From Sphyrna mokarran (taxonomy: Eukaryota): DNA of 64,000 nucleotides. Under the pieces are notes generated by a model, which did not search any database, was not told where the DNA came from, and was given only the letters and a program-made list of their open reading frames with translations. Positions 1-12,000 of this stretch are shown piece after piece; the first letter of the stretch is position 1, and every line of letters begins with the position of its first letter. A program made the translations under genes and the position numbers. The stretch lies in assembly GCA_024679065.1 (NCBI GenBank), contig JAGIQG010000003.1, positions 32,426,001 to 32,490,000 on the forward strand. Direction: 5' to 3'.

Positions 1-76
1 CAGTCGGTAACAGAGCAAAGCACTTTAGATGAATTCCTGGCAACTGCAGAATTGGCAGGCACAGAATTTGTAGCTG
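1..76 (+). CDS. LSG1: LSG1 exon (partial) QSVTEQSTLDEFLATAELAGTEFVA
   Basis: Translation in frame 1; donor G|GTAAG at 77. Confidence 0.95.
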
Positions 77-3000
77 GTAAGACATTTTGAATTTAATTCA
101 GAATTCTAAACATGGAGTTTGTCACAAATTGCGCTGTTATCTGTGAGGGCATCTCAAAAGTGAGACACCAGTTCATAGTGTGTGTTTTTTTTTGAAATGG
201 TACGAGGGGTCACATGAAGCCACTGTGAGAATAAACAGTCCATACTAAAAATTATTAAATGAAAGCAAAGACAAATACAAATGAACACAATTATAATGCT
301 ACAAGGCATGTAAATCCCAGAGTAATATATGTATATACAGTTTTCTCTAGAAACCCCTTGTCCCAAATTATATCCCTGATTCCTGAACTCGGTAAGATTT
401 CCCCATTCCTGAAACAACATCCACCTTAAATTAACATTCAAGTCAAATCCAGTTTACAGTTACCACAATGCCAGGAGGATGATCCAGTCGGAGAAGCATC
501 TTTTCCCAGTTAACCAGAGATAGCTAAACTGGGTTTACAAAGATTTCTTCGTTAATTTAGCTGTTAGACTTTACAAAGGATGTTTGCTGTTAGCTGGCTT
601 GCAGTGAGATGATAAACTGGCCCATCTGCTTCTACAGGAGTTGACAATTAATTCCTGCTTCCTCGGAAAAGCAGTCTGTACAATTAAGGACCCAAAGAGA
701 ACATCTCAGTAGGTCTGGCAGCATCTGTAAGCAGATCTTTACAGATGCTGCCAGACCCGCTGAGACTTTCCAGCGTTTTCTCTTTTGGTTTCAGATTCTA
801 ACATCAACGGTAATTTGCTTTTATCCAGCATAATTAAGGACCCCAAATATCCCAGACATAGTCTCTTCTTCCTTCAGGAAAAAGATGCAAAAGTTTAAGG
901 ACATGTATCAATCGACTCAAACAGCTTCTTCCCTGCTGCCATCAGAGTTTTGAATGATCCTACCTCGCATTATGTTGACTTTTCTGCACTGTCTCTTTTC
1001 CTTCTCTCAAACAGTATGCTTTGTCTATGTAACTTGCAAGAAACAATACGCCCTGCTGTATACTGATGCATGTGACAATAAATCAAACTATATCCCGGGC
1101 TCTCTTTGATACTGCTTTCTGTAAATTAGACTGTCTCTCCTACATTCCTTGGCAATCAGTAATTAGCAGCTGTATGCCCCCCCAGACCCCTCATCTCAGT
1201 AAACTGCTTCCTAATAGGCTATTTACATCTGATCTTATATAGATATTTACTAATCTCATTACTGGGAAAAGGATGATCCTCATCAGCTTTTTTGAATGTG
1301 AATTACTGCTATTGTCAGGCAGAGTCACCTTGTTAGGTAGATTACCTCTCATCAATTCTTGTTAACAGGCAAATCCATGACATGTATGAAACATGTTCTT
1401 ATGTTCTCTCCCTCTAATTAAGATGCATTTTTTCATTTTCTTCTGCCCAATTTATAGATGTAATTCTGTTTTTTTTAATAGGCATTAACACTAAGAGTAG
1501 AAACATACTTCTGACAGGCTTGTACTTCTGAGTATTGTTAACATTCCTGACTTTCAGATAATTTTGGATCAACTGCTCTACCTTTCTTCCTCCCTTGGTT
1601 AAGTGTTTGCTTTGTCTTTGGTCAAATAAACAGTTTATTAATATTTTTACACGTTTTCTGATACTGCAACCTGTTCTCGTCACCTCTCCTGCTTTATGGA
1701 ATCTGCTTTCCACCTTAAAAGGCTTTATGCTCCTTTAGCTTTGTTAAAATGTTTTTACTGCCATGATTACCTAACTTGTAAAGTTTCGCCAGGGTCTTTG
1801 ACAGGCTGCATGTCTTTCTCTGGGAAAAGAGATTTTTTTTCTACAGACTGTTCCCATTACCTCATTCAGAACTTTCTATCACGAGGTGAATCTTCATAAA
1901 CGTAGTTTCAATCCTGGTCCATGAATGAATGAATTCTTGCAGCTTCATTAATGCATTCAGAAATATATGCTTTGCCCCAAATTTTCTATAAGTACTATGT
2001 GCAATCCACTAGTGTTTGAACAAGAATGTGATTAAATGAGTGACAAAAGGAAGGGTTTTGTTAACCATGCGCCTAGGTGTATGATTTTTGATGTGATTTT
2101 TTAGATGATACAGTACGTAAGAATTTTTTCTATATCAGCATTTTGTGGCAATTGTGCTATTCATTTATCATTGTTGTGTACTTGATTGAAACAGCAGTAT
2201 TAATGCAAATTATTGTTTTGTTGATGGCCTGGTGATGCTTATCTATGACAGCAGTTTTAACATGCTTCACAACTAAAAGTTTAAACTTATCTCTTGATAG
2301 AGAAGTTGAATGTCAAGATTGTTTCTGCTGAGGACAGAAGTGGTTTGCTGACAACTGAAGAAAGTAAAAGAATTAAGAAGCTCCAAGACGAGAATAAACA
2401 ATTTCTGTGCATTCCCAGAAGGTGAGCAGGTGTTCAGATATTTATCCTTGAGAGATTTTGATCTGTGAAAATAATCAAAAATAGAACAGGAATTATTTTA
2501 AAAGTTTTGTTTAATTTCTTCTTCCAATTAAATTTTCCTTTGACTCTTGAATCCTTTCCTCTCTCAATAATCCTGTTTCAAAATGCACCTGAAATAATTT
2601 TTTGCTCTGTTTTCCAACAGATTTTTAATGTTTCAGTATTAAAATTGCCTTTTGTGCTAATGTTCCAATAGAATGGATACAGCCTTTTTTTGCGGTTATG
2701 TTCATTTAAGTAATGTTTACTTCCGGGTCTTTTAAATGCTTTTTAATTCTTTAATGTTTAGTTTTTGTATTCCTTGTGATATTTTTAAGCTTTTGAATTT
2801 GCAAAGTATTGTGCTTTTGATTGCAATATTGTTTTGCTTCAATAAGGATGATGTATTTTATAAAATCTTAACTGATTTGAGGTGTACAAATATTAACTTG
2901 TGTATTATAAAAACCTTTAAACAATATTGATTTAAACTAAAATATAGTGTTTGTGTAATAAACTTTATTTTACTGAAATTTTAGTCAAATGTAAAATTAA

Positions 3001-6000
3001 TTTTATTATTGCTTTAAATTAAAAATGGCTTCTTTTTCCACTTCTTCGGTTTTCTGGTGTTAAGCCCATCTTCACCTTGACAACAACATCTGCGGATCTA
3101 AAATCAGTTTCATACGTCCTCATAACACCCAGATGTACTACTTCACCTCGATCCAGTACCTGTCATCAAGCTGGATGTCAAACATCCAGTTTTACATTAG
3201 TTTTAATTTCTTCCAATCTGACCAATATCAATTATCTTACATATCTGCATAACATTATCTCAGCCTCAGCATTCTGCTTTTGAAATCCTCATTCCTTTAT
3301 CCTTTCTAAATCCAAGTTATTCCAATGTTCATGAGTTGCCTCCATCCTCATCTCTCTGAAAACTTGACATATCAAATTCTGTTGCCCGTGTCTTATCTGA
3401 CATCAAGACCATCTCGTCTATTATTCCCTTCCTTGCTGAGCTATGTTGATTCCTGTGGAAAATTATGAATTATGGCTGATTGATTTTCAGACCTGCACTT
3501 TGCACGAGTGCACGATTGCTCTATTCAGTAGAGTTTTACAAAACTTATCACTCAAATCATGCATATAGTTGGCCAAATTAAAAGTTGTTGAAGTTCTATT
3601 TTGATCTTCTGTTAATTGATTGCCTTGAATATAGACCTTATTGGGATGAAAATACAGCGGCTGAAGAACTGCAACAGGCAGAAAGGGAAAGCTTCCTGGA
3701 ATGGAGACGACAGCTGGCTCAGTGAGTGTTGTGGATTTGTGGATTGTACTAACTGTAATTCGGCTGAGGTGCTCAGTGATTGTGATTAGAAGATTTAATA
3801 AGTTAAGTACTAACTTTGTATATGAAAATTACTTAAACCTGAAAACTACCAATCTCACTACTTCTGGTATCCAAGTACTTGAAATACGTGATGGTGATTG
3901 TTAATTACTAGCGTCTTGTTGCCTTTTTAAACATTTAACAATATTAATTCCATGTCAGATTCAGTGGACTTACTAATTGGGCAATAACACTGCTGCCTCA
4001 CGGTGCCAGGGACCCAACTTTGATTCTGGGCTTGGGTCACTGTCTGTGTGGAGTTTGCACGTTCTCCCCATGTCTGCCTGAGTTTCCTTCAGGTACTCTG
4101 GTTTTCTCCCACAGTCTAAAGATATGCAGGTTAGGTGAATTGACTATGCTAAATTCTCCCTTAGTGTACCCAAATAGACGCCGGAGTGTGGCGACTGAGG
4201 ATTTTCTAAGTAACTTCATTGCAGTGTAAATGTAAGTCTACTTGTGGCACTAATACATAAATTTTAAAAAACTTAAATAACTTCTGAATAACTAAAGACC
4301 ATCATGTTTCAATTACTATGTTGATTTGAACTCAGAATCTTGAAATTTTAAGCAGAAAAAAATACTTGTTTATAAATGTATATCTGGAATTTCTGCCATG
4401 ATCTTCCTGATCACTCTCTGTAACTCCGACTGAAGATTGAATGAAACCTTAGTGAAATGGTGTATATGAGGGTTGGGGTGTTCGTGAATAGGTACAGAAT
4501 GTCACTATAGTTTAGCATCTTGCAACCTCTTCCAAAAATCTCTCAAACAAAAATAAAAGTCTTAAAGCTTTGTTTAAGGCAGAAAGGGAAAGCTTCCTGG
4601 AATGGCAACGATAACTGGCTCAAATGAATAAAGATCTTACTTTGCTTCTAAACAAACTTTCACTTGCAAGTAATTCCAAACAACCCTAAATACTTGTAGT
4701 ATATCAATAAGATTTGGAAGTTTTATGAACTTGGTACGAGGGTGAGGAAAATACCGTGAAAGATATAAAAATGGCAGCACCATGTCAAGAAGCACCTGTC
4801 CATTTTAGGTGTAATTTCTGCTGATCCAAAACTGCAGTGAAATAGTGAACTGTAAGAAATAATAATGTCCTATTGTCACAGGTCTCTGCCCCTTTTGCTG
4901 TGATCTGGTGCACAGATGTTAATATGAAAGCCACTATACTGCTATGTTGCTTTCAAGTTATAAGCACGTATGAAATTTCCCCCGTGTGAAAACTTTGCTT
5001 GATATAGTCCTCCTCTTTGAATTAAATGATTGTGACAATGAGCCAACTTCCAGACTTCTTGAACTTAATTATAAAACAGTCATAGTGTTTTGGCGCCACT
5101 TTTATTGATGTGTATGTTGAATTTGTGGAAAAATGCATTTGTTTTGCATTATATCTTCCAAGAATAACCTAAAAAAAAATTTTTGAACGCATTCGCTTAT
5201 TATTATCACTCTGTATCCAGGCTGGAAGAAGAAAAGAACTTGATCCTGACTCCATTTGAAAGGAATTTGGACTTTTGGCGCCAACTCTGGAGGGTAATTG
5301 AGAGAAGGTATGGTATGTAAAAACTACATATCTTGAAAATGAACTAGTAGAGCAAAAACCTGGTGTTACACAGATAAGAACTGGGTGGGATTGTTGTCGT
5401 GTATGCTCAATGGACTGAATGGTCTCTTTCTGCACTTATAGGGACTCTATGAAAGTACCATTTGGTTTTGTTATTTTGCTGTTCACTTCCAGAATATCCA
5501 GATATTATTACTTTTAAAAATTGAATTCTGAATAGAATATTTTAAATTATATAAATGGATGGATATTTGTTTTGAATATATTTTATTTTTGCTGTGTGTT
5601 TCTACCGCTATGAATTTTGTTAAATTTGAATTGAACTCTAAATTTATTGCTTGATGTTATGTAGTAATTCCTACTTTGTTATTTAGGGAATATGAATTCT
5701 GTTGGAATTAGAAAACTATTTTGATAGATCTTGAGCATTCTTAAATGCCCCTCCCCCCGCAACACATACATATCCCTTGTGATGACAGTGAAGTACACAA
5801 TAGTCGTAAGCTGTATTTTTTCCCTGATAATACGTAACATAGAAAGCTCTCACTAATATCGTGTACTTTATTCTGGTGGAACTCTTCTTGACACCGTCTG
5901 CAAGTTTCCCAGCTGAGACTGAATTCCTTGTGTGAGTTGCGTGATGTTAGGGATACGTATTGAATGCATGTTGTCAAAGTTAGTTACAAAAGATCATTAT

Positions 6001-9000
6001 GAATTTATAGGTACAGCTGGTTGGTGTACAGTGTGGTTGCAAACTTGGAATTTGTGTGTAACGTTGTACCACTTGATTCTTCATTTTGTTTCTGCAGCGA
6101 TATCATTGTTCAGATTGTTGATGCTAGAAACCCACTGCTTTTTCGGTGTGAAGACTTGGTAAGTAAAAATTTGATTATTGATTTTTGCTTGTTTTTTGGC
6201 AGTAGTAAACAGTTTCTTCTGATTTTACAATACAGATATTGTTTCAAATTGAGACCAAAAGCATAATTGTCCTTGTAAAACCCAGCTACAGTTAGTGGTT
6301 TAATTATATTGCTTCATTTGAAATGTTGTCAGGAAGCAGAGAGTTTTAAATGATGTATGTTTGAATTTCTATATTTTAGAGGGAAGACACAGATTTAAGT
6401 GAGTTTAATTTAGAGTTTTTATGTAGGAAAGGGTATTAGTCTAGTTGGATGCATGTTAAACAAAGGTGTTTGCACATATGGGGGTTTTTGGTTTCAGTTC
6501 AAACTATTGTGGTAAGTGTGTTTACAACAGGAAAGAATGAGCAGTTGCTTACCAACGAGGGGCCCCCTTTAAGAAAAAACCTTTGAGTGTTTTTAACTGA
6601 ACCTTTTTGAGTCCATTTAACTGAATGCAAAAGGTGCTAGGAAGCTAGCAAGTGAATGGCTCTCAGCTCTACTAGAAAAAGGGAAGCCATACCATGGAGT
6701 AATGGACAAGGAAGCAAATCCAGAAAAGCTAAGGAACTCAGAAGAAAACTGAGCCTCAACAACCACAACCATCATCCTTTATGCTAGCTATGATTCCAGC
6801 CTGCAAGGGTTTTCCCCCCGATTTCCATTGACTCCAATTTCATCGTGTGCTTTGATGTCATTGACGGTCATTCTCACCTCACCTCACCTCTGGATTTCAG
6901 CTTTTTTGAATTTTTCCATCTTGTTGTTTCCCTCAACAGTCAGCTTTTAGGGCTCAGCCACCTAGAGCTGTGATAATGCTGTTATGTCATTCTCGGTGAT
7001 CGATCACCCACGTTCAACGCCACTTGCAGAAAATACTGATTCGTAAGCTGAGGGGGTGAGGTATATGGTAACAGCTGGAGGTTACCATACCCCTTTTTGA
7101 CCTTATGCCTATGGGGTCCAGAGGATTTACAGGGCAACTCCCTCCTAACGATATTCGTGAGACTAAACATACCCGGGAATGATGTTGGTCGTAACTGGGA
7201 GATTCTGTCAGGCTGCTGCTTGACTAGTCTGTGAGACAGCAATCCCAATTTTAGCTCAAGCCCCACGTGTTAGTAAGGAGGACTTTGCAGAATTGATAAG
7301 GCTGGATTTGTGGTTGTTGTTTCTGGTGGCTCAGTCGATACAAAGTGGTTCGTCTGTTTATATTCCCTTTGGTAGACTTTGTAGAGGTTTAATACAACTG
7401 AGTGGCTTGCTAAGCCAGTGAAGAAGGCATTTAAAAGTCAATAAGACATTGTTGTGGGTCTGGACTCTCAAATCAAGTGAGGATGCAGATTTCCTAATTA
7501 AACTAAATGGGTGTTGCAATAGTCAACAATGGTTTTGTGGTCATGAGATACTTATTTCCATGGTGGAATTTGAACTCAGACCCAGGCCTATCAGCTCCTT
7601 TCTGATGAGTTGCACCCATGAGGAATTGGATTCGTCTGAACGCTACACTTGGAAATCTTCCTGTTTAAAATGCATAAAACCAAATTATTGTAAAGTTTAG
7701 ATAATTAACTTCATTGAATTACTATATCTTATTGGCATTTGCAACATTCTTGGTAAATTGAAAACTTGCATTTTTTCTTGCTTCTCTACTTATTTTCATT
7801 GTATACTTTCTGTTTTTATTATCCCATCCTGCATTCCAAGAAAGATTATCGTCCAAAAATCACTTTCCATATAACTTTCAAGATCGTTTCCCGAGGGATC
7901 TCGTGAAAAGGTTAAGAACGAGATGGCACAAACTGAAAGTAATCAGTAAATTAAGCAAAATGGAGATGAAGGAAGATTTTTCTTGCAGAATTTGGAACGT
8001 ACTGTCTGAGTGTGTGGTGGCGGCAGGGTCAGTTGAAACATTGAATAGGATGACGGTACAGAGTTACAGGGGAGAAGGCAGGGGGAATGGCACTGGATGA
8101 GGTGCTCGTTCAGAGAGTTGGTGTGGACGCAATGAATCAATTGGCCTTCTACACTGAAACAATTCTATGATTCAGCACCATCTGTGACTGTCTCTGCTGA
8201 TCTGATACAATCCCAATTGTTTTCTGGCTCAATGCAGCTATTAACAAAAAAAAAACTGCACTTAGAGATCACATCCCATCCAGCTGGCTTGGCATTTACT
8301 CTTTGCTTTCAGCTGCAGCCCCTTCATTCTGAGTTCAAGTCTCAGTTGTCTCTCCAGGTTTGCTGTTGTTCTAGCAGTACTTTACACTTCCAGCAGCTCT
8401 CAGCAGTCAGGTTGCAGCCCTTATTTCTAATCTCATAGAGCACTGGCTTCAATCTTTTACTGATCTAACAGTTTGTAGTGTTTGATTCCAGACTGAGAAA
8501 CTGTACTGTCTGTAAGATGTGGGAATATTTTACTTGCACTTCTTAGACAATACAACATAAACAGAAAAATATTCAGAATGAAAAAAAACATAAGGAGAGT
8601 GAATCGATCAGTGATGGCAAGCAGTGAGGGATGTGCAATTTTTTAAAAAAAAATCTGTACATGTTATATTAAGTGTGTAGTATATTAAATGATATTATAA
8701 AAGCCACAATAGTGCTATTGATCCTTGAGTGTATTGAAATCTCCTGACACACCCTGTTTTAATTGTTAATTTCACTTTTTTCTCAACTGTGTGATATCTG
8801 TTCCTAGGAGTGCTATGTGAAGGAGGTCCAGAAGGATAAAGACAACATGATCCTTCTGAATAAAGCTGATCTCTTGACACATGAGCAGCGAAAAGCTTGG
8901 GCAAGGTATTTTGACAAAGAAGATTTACGGGTCGTCTTCTGGTCAGCTACTGCAGAAGGGAAAAGATTAGATGCTGAAGCAAAGGTAAGTTACGAATGGA

Positions 9001-12000
9001 ATTTCATTTAAGGCTTATGAAAGAGGAATGTAAGAAAATGAATGAGAGATATAATAATGAATGAAGAGCATTTAGCTCAGCAAATATAGAAATCATAGAT
9101 GCCTTCCAGTGCAGAAGAAGGCCATTCAATCCATTGAATCTACACCGACAACAACCGCACTCATGCCCTGTCCCTGAAACCCCCCTACGTATTTACCCCG
9201 TTAATCTCTTTGACAACACATCCCAGAAAACTCAGGGGCAATTTAGCTAATTCACCTAACCTGTGCATCTTTGGACTGTGGGAGGAAAACAGGGCAATGG
9301 AGGAAAGTCCTTGCAGACAGTGACCCAATCTGGAAATTGAACCCAGGTCCCTGGAGCTATGACGCAGCAATGCTAACCATTTTGCACCCGAATATCATCT
9401 CTCTTGTATCCTAACTATCGTGTCACAGCCTTCAGATTTATTGACAATCAAGTTTTTTTTATTCTATTGATGTATGAAAATCATTCTTTGCTTGCCACCT
9501 CGCTTACATTGATGTTACGATTATAATTGAGTGTGGTGTCACCTGAGGAAGAAGCAGCGCTCCGAAAGCTTGTGATTCCAAGTGAAACTGTTGGACTTTA
9601 ACCTGTGGTTGTGAGACTTCTTACTGTGCCCACTCCACATCTTGTTTTAATATTATTTTCTATTAAACACGGGTATTTCATTGGGCTAAAAAGCTTGATC
9701 TTCAGTACTGTTATATGCAATTAGCCGTAAATGAAATGTTCCACCCTAAATGCTTCTGATTTCATAATACTTAGGGAGAAGAACCAGAAAGAGAGAGAAG
9801 TGAAGAGAGCGAAGGGGATGCAGAAAACTCCAGCCAACCTTGCAGTCATTCTGATGTTCAAGAAGGCTTGTGCCCTACTTGTGACACAGATGAAGATGAC
9901 TCTGCAGAATATGAAGATTGTGAAGATGATGAATTTTGGGAAACGTGTTCGGAAGATGAGAAGAAAAATAATATAAGCCAGTCTGATACTGAGACCTTGA
10001 CTGACCTTACTAATAGAAATCTTACTTCCACTGATAGCTGTCCACACAGCTATGATAATGACAGGACTGCATGTACTTCAAACTTCAATACAACACAATT
10101 TACAAAAAATTGCATCAGGAATTCGAGCCATCTAATGCAGCGAAATGAACTATTGGAAATTTTTAAAACTTTGCACAAAGGAAAGTGTGTGAAAGATGAT
10201 GAAATAACAGTGGGATTAGTGAGTGAAGGATCTTTACTTTTTTTTTGTTCTGGTTATTGTTTATAACATGACAGGCCAAGGGTTTGGGGGGTGGGAGCAT
10301 TTAGTCCGTCTAGGTGGCATTTCAAATCCTGTTTCAATTTTTTTCTTTCCTTTCTAGAAATTATTTTAATTTCCTACTTCAATTTATACATTTATTCTTC
10401 TATTTTTATTTTCCTACTTTTTTTTTAACTTGCATTTATTTTGTTGCTTGAAGGAAAAATGGAACAGAGCTCTCAAGATAAAAAAGAGACAGGAGCAAAA
10501 GTAAAATAAAACAGACTGCAATCCTGTTGATGGGGTGGGAACATCAGGAATTTGGTTATTCGGGGTAGGTCACGAGATAACCAGGGCAGGTGCCTAATGT
10601 AAGTTGGAAAATATGTTAAGTGTCAATTATATTGTTTTTTTTGAAGAATGTGTAGTGTTGGGAAGGAGATAGATACCTGGTAAAGTCAGCTACTTGGGAG
10701 TTAGCTGATGAGTCAAATGAACTTAGTGCACGTGCACAGAATTTCAACTGTTCAGTGTGCAGCTTTACCAAAAGTTGTGGAACAGAATTGTTAACGTTGG
10801 CAATCAATGTTTTCTTCAAGTATTAATATATTTTATTTTAAATCCATTATTAATAGTCAAATCCCAAATGCTGGCTGTTATAATTCCGTTCTTTGATGGG
10901 TGCCTCCATTTAGTTAAATGGAGCTGCAATGTTGAAGCTTGATATATTCAACTGTTTTTTTTTCCCTAAGCACTTGCTTCAATCTCTATAATGCAATCTT
11001 GCATACTCGGTATCTTTTAAGCATCTGCTTTCAGTAGTCAACTGTCTTTTTTTTTTACACATAATGATCAATTGTACATTTCAATGTGTTTCCATTTAGG
11101 AGGTGTATAATGTAAATTGGGAATGTTTGATTACTGCATTGTTTATATTGATATTTGTGTTTTGTGCTTAATAGGTAGGCTATCCAAACGTAGGCAAAAG
11201 TTCAACGATCAATACCATTCTTCAAAACAAAAAGGTTTCTGTATCTGCAACTCCAGGCCATACAAAACATTTTCAGGTAACTTTGTTGATAAACTTTAGT
11301 GCTCAGTTAAATTTATTTACTGAATTATTTTAAGCAATAGTGAAGATTGGAAATTGGATATCTTTTCATGTCAAAATTAAGCACAAGGATTTCTAGATTA
11401 GTTATAATACATGTTAAATGCAGAGTAAAACTCCTCTTACTCTATGCTTCAGAAGATGCTGAATGCACCATTGTGATGCTTTCAATTGTCAGATTTGCTG
11501 CTGTGCGTATATGTTTGCTAAAAATGTTAAAGTAGACTTGTGTCCACAAAGAATTGAACTGATACTATCTTGATTTGATGTGTATGTTTATAACCATCTG
11601 GGGAGGTAATTTTCAATCCATCTGTTAAGGCTGCATACATTTGGAATGAACGGCAACTTTTCTGAAACAATGCAGATATATAATTATATTTGCAATTAAA
11701 TAGTTTTCTGACTAAGTATGGGCAGTTGATGTATCAAAGATTTGGATAGTATCCTGAAACCAATCTTAAAGGGTTCAGCTAACTTCCACTGAATAATTTT
11801 CTTTCAGACACTGTATGTGGAGCCAGGCTTATGCTTGTGTGACTGTCCGGGCCTTGTGATGCCAACCTTTGTCTCTACCAAAGCAGAAATGGTCTGCAGT
11901 GGAATATTACCCATAGACCAGATGAGAGACCATGTGCCACCAGTTTCCTTAATATCCTTTCTAGAAAGTTTAATATCCAAATTTGTTGAATTTACTAAAT

